Positions 41,069 to 47,018 of a stretch of 64,000 nt of DNA are shown piece after piece; the first letter of the stretch is position 1; each line of letters begins with the position of its first letter. Source of the DNA: Oscillospiraceae bacterium (lineage in GTDB: Bacteria; Bacillota; Clostridia; UBA1381; UBA9506); contig SVJJ01000003.1 in NCBI GenBank assembly GCA_015069045.1, forward strand, positions 44,802 to 108,801. Direction: 5' to 3'. A program made the position numbers and the translations under genes. The notes beneath the pieces were generated by a model. It had not been told where the DNA came from. It did no database searches and saw only the letters and a program-made list of their open reading frames with translations.

Positions 41069-42505
41069 TTATGCATTAACCGAATAGTCTTTTTTAAATC
41101 CATGCGCTCCAAAAATTTGCCAATCACCCACACCAAGTCTTTGCATAATTGCTTTTCGTTCTTCCATACATAACGCAGGGGCAGTATCAACAGATGTCAT
41201 AAGTATAGGAGCGTACTGATTGTATTCTGCCTGCTGCGGTGTTAGTCCGTGAGTGTTTATGTAAATATCTCCCGTAATTGCAATATGATTCTGATAGTCG
41301 ATAAGAACAATTTCACCAGGAAGATGACCACCCTTACCCTCATACACTTCAAAGTGTAATTCCCCAAAATTATAAAACCCAATTTGAGTAAGGGGTTCTG
41401 TGGGATTTTCTACATCTTTCCACAAAACTGTAATTTTTTCAGGATTTGTGCATTTATATGAAGTGAGTAATTTACAAATACTGATATAAGGTCTATGCAG
41501 TGGGTTTTCCTCTCGATAACCATTTTCCTCACTATACTCATTTTTCAAACACAATGCAGTTTTATGACTTGAAATAATCTCGTCAAATATTGGCAAGAGT
41601 CCACAGTGATCAACATCAGCATGTGTTATAAGTATAGTCTTTTTAATTTCGTCATAATCCGGAATAATTCTTCTGAAGATATTTTTCATTTCTTCTTTAT
41701 AACAAGCATATCCACTATCTATAAACAGAATATTACCGTTACTTTTTATAATAATGGTATTACTTCCGCAAGGCGGTTCTACCAAGATTATTTCTGTATT
41801 TTCAGTAATTTTATGTGTGCTTATGCGTGGCGAAAAGTTCTCACCTTTAGAAGCACCGAGCAACTCAGCAAATTTGCTAATGCTATCAAATGTTCGGTAT
41901 GGAGACAACCCTTGTTCATCCAAGGTCTGCATTGCAAGGTTTACATTAACCAAAAGCCCCTTACTCACGTCAGGAGTCAGCCCCATGGTTTGCGACAACC
42001 CCATAACGTATGTATTATAAAAAATACTGTTATCATATACCTTTTCAGAACTGTTATAATCTATGACACGAACTTTGCATAATTTTTCCGCTTCAATTAA
42101 AAATTCAGATATTTTTTCTGAATCATCAACGTACAATCCCATTTTAAAATACTGATAATCTGTTCCGTTTTCCTGCGAACTTATATATGATATATTAAAG
42201 TTGAATTCGTCAATAAGTGTCAAAACATCCATAACACTTCCAGGAACATCCTTTAGGCAAAATTCAAGTAAAACAATGCTTGTTTGTGCATTGGTAGTCT
42301 GAAGATAACCTATCTTCTCCAGTTCTGCATCTGCTTTTCTCAGTTGTTCCTCTGTTCCCTCTGCATCAATAAACAAAGTATGCGAATCAACTGCCTTATT
42401 GTAACTTACGCGGGTGATGTTAATTCCCAATACCGAAAAACATTTACTTGCCTTTAAAAAAGCACCAATACGATTTGGCATTGATGTCACATATGTTTTT
42501 CTCAT
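41069..42505 (-). CDS. ACT-domain / MBL-fold metallo-hydrolase fusion protein
   Basis: The N-terminal ~170 aa contain two ACT-like units (MPNRIGAFLKASKCF..., KDVPGSVMDVLTLIDEF...). The C-terminal half carries ILITHADVDHCG, an HxDxDH variant of the MBL motif HxHxDH. The ATG at 42505 was chosen. Confidence 0.65.
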   Translation of the reverse strand: MRKTYVTSMPNRIGAFLKASKCFSVLGINITRVSYNKAVDSHTLFIDAEGTEEQLRKADAELEKIGYLQTTNAQTSIVLLEFCLKDVPGSVMDVLTLIDEFNFNISYISSQENGTDYQYFKMGLYVDDSEKISEFLIEAEKLCKVRVIDYNSSEKVYDNSIFYNTYVMGLSQTMGLTPDVSKGLLVNVNLAMQTLDEQGLSPYRTFDSISKFAELLGASKGENFSPRISTHKITENTEIILVEPPCGSNTIIIKSNGNILFIDSGYACYKEEMKNIFRRIIPDYDEIKKTILITHADVDHCGLLPIFDEIISSHKTALCLKNEYSEENGYREENPLHRPYISICKLLTSYKCTNPEKITVLWKDVENPTEPLTQIGFYNFGELHFEVYEGKGGHLPGEIVLIDYQNHIAITGDIYINTHGLTPQQAEYNQYAPILMTSVDTAPALCMEERKAIMQRLGVGDWQIFGAHGFKKDYSVNA

Positions 42506-42517
42506 AAAATTCCCCTT

Positions 42518-42534
42518 TTCGACATAATTCGGCA
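42518..42534 (-). promoter_or_regulatory. Tandem Spo0A-box-like heptamers (TGCCGAA-N3-TGTCGAA) next to the RBS of the ACT-MBL gene
   Basis: The minus strand reads TGCCGAAttaTGTCGAAAAGGGG. Both heptamers fit TGNCGAA and repeat with a 10-nt period. Confidence 0.5.
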
Positions 42535-42544
42535 AAATATCCGT

Positions 42545-42570
42545 AAAATTAGTGCACAATTTAGATGCCA
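42545..42570. repeat. Direct repeat copy R1 (TAAAATTAGTGCACAATTTAGATGCC)
   Basis: 25/26 identical to 46971-46996. Its core is related (15/19) to the ACTGTATAATCTGGATGCC core of the leader modules. It overlaps the stop codon of the four-helix-bundle gene. Confidence 0.8.
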
Positions 42571-42920
42571 CTATTATCTTGATTTTTCTTTGCGGTTGTA
42601 ATTGATGATATTAGCTTTCTGCGGATTGTTCCACACTTGTTGTTCAAATTATCATATGTCATCTTATCTATTGCATTTACTTTAAACAAAATTTCTAACC
42701 AATATTCTGTTTCGAAACACTCTTTGAGGGCAATTTCAAGTTTATGTATAAAATCCGCCCTGCTCTGTGCATGCTTTGCTTCATGTGAATTTGCACCTAT
42801 TGACGAGCAAGACCTCAAAAGTTGGTTTGTAAATACCGCTCTCCCCTTTATGTTATCACATGTTGCTGTTGTTTCAACGGTCAATTCAACTGCCAATTCC
42901 TTAATAGTCTTATCGTTCAT
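42561..42920 (-). CDS. Four-helix-bundle protein (23S rRNA intervening-sequence protein / Avd-like family)
   Basis: About 119 aa. LLRSCSSIGANSHEA....SRADFIHKLEIALKECFETEYWLEIL is the family signature. Confidence 0.8.
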   Translation of the reverse strand: MNDKTIKELAVELTVETTATCDNIKGRAVFTNQLLRSCSSIGANSHEAKHAQSRADFIHKLEIALKECFETEYWLEILFKVNAIDKMTYDNLNNKCGTIRRKLISSITTAKKNQDNSGI

Positions 42921-42935
42921 AGTAACCTCTTTCCA

Positions 42936-43116
42936 GCGATATACTCACTTCGTTCGTGCGATATATTTTCACTATGTTCAAATGCGATATAACCTCATTT
43001 CATTCGGTTGCGATATGATATAAATTCCTTTTCTCGTCCCGAAGGGACATATCGCACCTTTAGGTATATCGCTTCCGCAAGGATATATCGCAAATTCCGT
43101 CAGGAATTTATATCGC
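42936..43116. repeat. Convergent 4+4 array of the heptamer GCGATAT / ATATCGC with hairpin spacers
   Basis: GCGATAT occurs at 42936, 42958, 42984 and 43010. ATATCGC occurs at 43049, 43066, 43085 and 43110. The right-half spacers are hairpins, for example 43036-43048, 43092-43109 (7 bp) and 43117-43139 (10 bp). Confidence 0.85.
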
Positions 43117-43142
43117 TGATTTCATCTTCGATGAAATCATTA

Positions 43143-43169
43143 TATAAAGACTGTATAATCTAGATGCCA
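43143..43169. repeat. Leader-module copy D (core only)
   Basis: TATAAAGACTGTATAATCTAGATGCCA differs at one position from the 27-mer at 43740-43766 and 44139-44165. In this copy the Spo0A-box part is replaced by the GCGATAT array. Confidence 0.85.
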
Positions 43170-43210
43170 ATGTTTTTCATTTGTAATCACATCAAGTCAG
43201 AGCTAAAAAA

Positions 43211-43702
43211 TTATCTATCTTTCAGATAACTCTTTATTTCTTCAGAAGAAACTTTTACAAAATTATTTTTTAATTCTTCATTAGCAAAATGTATTTCTAA
43301 AAATTCTATATCCCTTATTTCTTCACCATTTCGATAAACTGTTATGGCTCCATTGCCGGTTGTACCTCTCCCAGCCGGATATGTACGAACATATAAAAAT
43401 TCCTTGTTAAACTGCAAATCCCTTCCGTCTGGACACCACAAATATGTTTGTTTCTCACTATATATACCGTTACAAATAACAATTGTATATTCGTTTCCAT
43501 CATTAAATGCAATATCTATCAATGGATAATCCAATTGCCCAATTGCTTCATCAATAGGAGTATCATCAAGTATCTCAATTTCTTTTTCTAATTTAAATTC
43601 GTATTCTCTTTTTGCATTCTCAAATCCCGTATGATAAAAAATACCACTCGCGACAACAGTACAAAACACACATAAAACTATTAGGATTATAATTTTTTTC
43701 AT
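43211..43702 (-). CDS. Hypothetical signal-anchored / secreted protein (163 aa)
   Basis: N-terminal hydrophobic segment MKKIIILIVLCVFCTVVASG. AGGAAG RBS. Very AT-rich. No family recognised. Confidence 0.6.
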   Translation of the reverse strand: MKKIIILIVLCVFCTVVASGIFYHTGFENAKREYEFKLEKEIEILDDTPIDEAIGQLDYPLIDIAFNDGNEYTIVICNGIYSEKQTYLWCPDGRDLQFNKEFLYVRTYPAGRGTTGNGAITVYRNGEEIRDIEFLEIHFANEELKNNFVKVSSEEIKSYLKDR

Positions 43703-43709
43703 TTAAGCA

Positions 43710-43768
43710 CTTCCTTTCGACAGCATTCGACAATCTTTATATAAAGACTGTATAATCTGGATGCCAAT
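43710..43768. promoter_or_regulatory. Leader-module copy A: RBS, tandem Spo0A boxes, palindrome, promoter-like core
   Basis: The minus strand reads TTGGCA-N18-TATATA, then TGTCGAAtgcTGTCGAA (43716-43732), then AGGAAG. The plus strand reads TCGACA-N18-TATAAT (43727-43756). The palindrome TCTTTATATAAAGA lies at 43734-43747. Confidence 0.6.
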
Positions 43769-43812
43769 CTTATTAGCATCAGGTTAGTGTCAAGTTAGAA
43801 CAAAAATTGTCA

Positions 43813-44100
43813 TCAATATTTCATAACAAAATTTTCATAAAACTCGTACTCTTCGTCGTCAGTTAAGTCACTGTCAATAAACTCTTGTAATTCCTCTTTC
43901 ATTTTTTCATATACCTCATTACAATCATCAGGACCACAAAACGCAGTATGAACCATTGCCCCATAAACTCCACAAGTGATTGCATAATATTTAGGACATT
44001 TTTCCAGAGTTATTCTACAAGATTCCATATACTCTTCATCCTTAATAACAATGCCATTCTCACTTCCGATTGCGACATTCACATATAAATCTTTCCACAT
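43813..44100 (-). CDS. Hypothetical small acidic cytoplasmic protein (95 aa)
   Basis: GGAAGGAG RBS. Acidic C-terminus (DSDLTDDEEYEFYENF). The look is immunity-protein-like, but no family was recognised. Confidence 0.55.
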   Translation of the reverse strand: MWKDLYVNVAIGSENGIVIKDEEYMESCRITLEKCPKYYAITCGVYGAMVHTAFCGPDDCNEVYEKMKEELQEFIDSDLTDDEEYEFYENFVMKY

Positions 44101-44110
44101 TGTAGTTTAC

Positions 44111-44166
44111 TCCTTCCGACAAAATTCGACATCCTTACTATAAAGACTGTATAATCTGGATGCCAT
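44111..44166. promoter_or_regulatory. Leader-module copy B
   Basis: The minus strand reads TGTCGAAtttTGTCGGA (44115-44131) next to the RBS. The 27-mer at 44139-44165 is identical to copy A, and identity to copy A is 37/41 from box 2 outwards. Confidence 0.6.
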
Positions 44167-44222
44167 TGTTTTTTATTGGCGTTAATATTAAGTATGGACT
44201 AAAAAAACAATTAGTTAGTTAG

Positions 44223-44759
44223 TTACTTACTTTCTTTTTTAAGTTTCACAAATTCAATAATTTGTATGATAAATAATACTATATGTGCTGTTCCTGCAAT
44301 TCCTGATACTATCCAAGCCACATCTGTAAAAACCTCATTACGAACTAAATTAAACAAACCATATGTAGGGCCTATATCACCACCATCTGGCAACAAAACC
44401 CAGAAAATCAAATATGTAGCAATAAAAAGATAATTTGTTATCCTTAATCCCGGAGAATCAACAAATAATTTTGATGCATATAAATTTGTCAACAAAAACA
44501 ATATTGGATGTATAATAGGTATTAACATAATTATCATACAAAACCTAATCCAGCCTATATTAAGCACCAACGATAGAGTAGCAATAACAATGCAAATTAC
44601 AGATAGAAGTAATGGTTTGTTTTTTGTTAGATTATTCTTTTTAAATAATTTAATTAATTTTGCAATTCCCCAGATAATAAGTCCAATAATTGCTATAATT
44701 TGTGCTATTCCAAAAATCGTAGAAAAAATATAATAACCCGTTTTTAATATATTCGTCAT
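44223..44759 (-). CDS. Hypothetical polytopic membrane protein (178 aa, about 5 TM)
   Basis: Alternating hydrophobic stretches and an AAAGGAG RBS. About 20% G+C by hand count of one 60-nt line. Confidence 0.55.
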   Translation of the reverse strand: MTNILKTGYYIFSTIFGIAQIIAIIGLIIWGIAKLIKLFKKNNLTKNKPLLLSVICIVIATLSLVLNIGWIRFCMIIMLIPIIHPILFLLTNLYASKLFVDSPGLRITNYLFIATYLIFWVLLPDGGDIGPTYGLFNLVRNEVFTDVAWIVSGIAGTAHIVLFIIQIIEFVKLKKESK

Positions 44760-44771
44760 ACTCTATCTCCT

Positions 44772-44788
44772 TTCGCCAAATTTCGACA
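44772..44788 (-). promoter_or_regulatory. Leader-module copy C (Spo0A-box pair only)
   Basis: The minus strand reads TGTCGAAattTGGCGAAAGGAG with a 10-nt period. The GATGCC core is absent from this copy. Confidence 0.5.
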
Positions 44789-44833
44789 ATCTTACTATGA
44801 TTTTGTCAAGTTAGGGACAAAAAAATTTATTCT

Positions 44834-45043
44834 TTATACAGCAACTTGTCTTGCTTCAATATACAAATCTATATCGTTGATAATATAGTTTGTTCCGGTG
44901 GTATGCAATGCACCATAACATTCCATAATATATTCACACACATTATATTTTTGAAACAACTGTATAACTTCTTTTCCTTTTAGATTTTTTGCAGTCCTAT
45001 ATATCTCAATGCAAAAAATCAAAAATCTTCCCTCTTTGCTCAT
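44834..45043 (-). CDS. DUF3791-like small protein
   Basis: FLIFCIEIYR...GKEVIQLF.KY.V.EYI..CYGALHTTG..YI..DIDLYI matches my memory of DUF3791 proteins. Confidence 0.6.
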   Translation of the reverse strand: MSKEGRFLIFCIEIYRTAKNLKGKEVIQLFQKYNVCEYIMECYGALHTTGTNYIINDIDLYIEARQVAV

Positions 45044-45076
45044 AATATCCCTACTTTAGTTATCTCTATGATTATT

Positions 45077-45946
45077 CTAGATATTTTCAATTTCACTTTC
45101 TTCAATATCTTTCAATGTAATTCCGTCTTTATTTCTCCACTCTGTTCTACCGTTCGCATTTCTTCCCATGACAATAGCCGCAGCTAAAGATGGGCTGGTA
45201 AAAACATAATCTTTCACAAAAGTTTCACTCACAACTGTACCACTTTCAATTAACTTGTTTCTAAGTTTAATTAGGTATTCTGACATACTAGGCGTAGTAG
45301 ACATCGCAATTTTAGAATTTCTCAATACTGCAAAGCCATCAGATGTAACAAATCCTAATGCTTCTGCACCACGAGCTGCTTTAATATGAAAAATTTCTTT
45401 TTCATCATTTAATCCATCTTCTGCATTTGCTGTAAGAACATCAAAAGATTTATAACCCAATGTATTAACTAACAACCTTGCATTTTCAATAAACTCGTCA
45501 AGCATAGCAACATCGTATTCAGAAATAGAGGGACAGGTTGGTATTGTACTATTTATAACATCTGTTCTATTTGCATCTTTTGCCAATTGATAAAATTTAT
45601 TTTCAAGGAATTTCACATGAGCTTTGTTCAATAAATTGTCTTTACTGATTACTGCAATACAATCATTCCAATACTCTTTATCTTTTAAATGTTGCTTTAA
45701 TCGTGTAACAATTCTTTCTGCCTCACCAATATAAATCGTGTCATTTCCATCCGTGCTCTTACCAAATAAGAAATACACGCCGGTATTATCTGCATCCTCT
45801 CTCTGTGCAAATTCAGAAATATCACTACGAGAAATTTTATATACTCTGCCATTCCAATTTGAAAGTTCACACATAATTCTTCCATTTGGATTTCCCTCAA
45901 ATATGTACATCTGAATTGTTTTATCAAAATTTTTCATATAACTCAT
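45077..45946 (-). CDS. GIY-YIG nuclease-domain protein with a DUF4357-like C-terminus
   Basis: GVYFLFG-N12-IYIGEAERIVTRLKQH (nt 45713-45781). C-terminus FTSPSLAAAIVMGRNANGRTEWRNKDGITL. The ATG overlaps the upstream stop (ATGA at 45943-45946). Confidence 0.7.
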   Translation of the reverse strand: MSYMKNFDKTIQMYIFEGNPNGRIMCELSNWNGRVYKISRSDISEFAQREDADNTGVYFLFGKSTDGNDTIYIGEAERIVTRLKQHLKDKEYWNDCIAVISKDNLLNKAHVKFLENKFYQLAKDANRTDVINSTIPTCPSISEYDVAMLDEFIENARLLVNTLGYKSFDVLTANAEDGLNDEKEIFHIKAARGAEALGFVTSDGFAVLRNSKIAMSTTPSMSEYLIKLRNKLIESGTVVSETFVKDYVFTSPSLAAAIVMGRNANGRTEWRNKDGITLKDIEESEIENI

Positions 45947-46869
45947 TCCCCTTTATGATTCTTTTCGCTTACAGAAAGCACAAAATCCGCCATAGTCATC
46001 GCACTATTAACAAACAAGCGAGCATGATGCTCTGCTATGTTAATTCTTTTTGTACCAACACCATGAGAATCGCTACCTTTATTGCGCATTTCAGAAATTG
46101 CTGTTAGAATCTTTTCTAACCCAGAAAGCAATCCGTTTATTCTCTTGTCGATATCTTTGTTTTGGTGCATATTATATAGTGTTTTTACTTGGTTATATAA
46201 CTTTCCGACATCTCCGCTCTCGGATGGTTGTTCCCCTTTTTTCTCTATTACATAACAAAAAACCTCTTCAAGTAGTGTTCTAGATTTAGTTATTGCGCTA
46301 TCAAAAAAACCATCAGTTACATCCTTCATAGCACGATCCGACAATCCTACTATGTATGATCTATCTATTTTTTTAACGGATGGTGCAACAATTTTTACCG
46401 TCTCTCCTTTTTTATCTATAACAAAACGGCCATCAACAATTACAAGTTCAAAACCACTAAAATACAACACTCCATTTATTTGATCAATTATTGTTGAAAT
46501 AATTCTTTTGTGGGCATAATCAATATCTTTTGGAGTGCATCCTCTAAGTTTATTTGCAAACTGTTCTTTAGAAAACAAAAACGACAACAAGTCAGAAACT
46601 CTATTATTATCAATACAAAACTTCAGCAAATTATCAAGATATTCCCAACGGCTTTTTGCCCCACCACTCCACTTGTAAGCAACCGGCAGTCCAAAATTCG
46701 TTGATATTTCGCATAAATCCGGTCCATTTAAGTATGGAAGAGAAATCTTAATAATATCGTCAATGGATTCAACTTTAAACTCACCGAAATCGGTATCGCC
46801 ATCCAAAATCGCTATTATTGTTTTTGTTCTTAACAACCCAAAATTGTTATCAATTGTTTTCATTATCAA
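45943..46869 (-). CDS. AbiJ-like protein with a C-terminal Abi_C/HEPN domain
   Basis: C-terminal ...ISEMRNKGSDSHGVG...AEHHARLFVNSA contains an Rx6H motif (R262-H269, nt 46063-46086). The N-terminal SLPYLNGPDLCEISTNFG...WSGGAKSRWEYL resembles AbiJ N-terminal domains. Confidence 0.65.
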   Translation of the reverse strand: MIMKTIDNNFGLLRTKTIIAILDGDTDFGEFKVESIDDIIKISLPYLNGPDLCEISTNFGLPVAYKWSGGAKSRWEYLDNLLKFCIDNNRVSDLLSFLFSKEQFANKLRGCTPKDIDYAHKRIISTIIDQINGVLYFSGFELVIVDGRFVIDKKGETVKIVAPSVKKIDRSYIVGLSDRAMKDVTDGFFDSAITKSRTLLEEVFCYVIEKKGEQPSESGDVGKLYNQVKTLYNMHQNKDIDKRINGLLSGLEKILTAISEMRNKGSDSHGVGTKRINIAEHHARLFVNSAMTMADFVLSVSEKNHKGE

Positions 46870-46970
46870 TCCTTCTTTTTGTTTTTCAATATTATTTCAC
46901 ATCAAAATATTTATGATTATCTCAAAGGAGCTCCATGCGTTTTAATTTTTGTCCCTTGTATATCAAACTT

Positions 46971-46996
46971 TAAAATCAGTGCACAATTTAGATGCC
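46971..46996. repeat. Direct repeat copy R5 (TAAAATCAGTGCACAATTTAGATGCC)
   Basis: 25/26 identical to 42545-42570, about 4.4 kb away in the same orientation. Confidence 0.8.
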
Positions 46997-47018
46997 GAGA
47001 AATCATTTTACCAGGAGC

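Noticed and set aside
42561-42920. Diversity-generating retroelement (Avd-like gene)
   Set aside because: No reverse transcriptase ORF and no template/variable repeat pair is visible anywhere in the 64 kb.
42637-43023. 128-aa plus-strand ORF
   Set aside because: It is antisense to the well-supported four-helix-bundle gene and runs into the GCGATAT array. It has no RBS.
42936-43116. Possible CRISPR array
   Set aside because: The repeated unit is only 7-8 nt and occurs in two opposite orientations. The spacers are 10-20 nt. No cas genes are present. This does not fit CRISPR architecture.
43740-43768. Sigma-54 promoter reading of TGGCATccagaTTATA in the leader modules
   Set aside because: The -24 GG is present, but the -12 element lacks the conserved GC (TTATA instead of TTGCA). 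No enhancer-binding protein gene is nearby.
43100-44833. Integron-style attC cassette array
   Set aside because: No intI-like tyrosine recombinase is in the window. The repeats lack the GTTRRRY / RYYYAAC core pair, since TTCTAAC and CCCTAAC are only near-matches on one side. The conserved part also includes the RBS-proximal leader rather than a simple imperfect palindrome.
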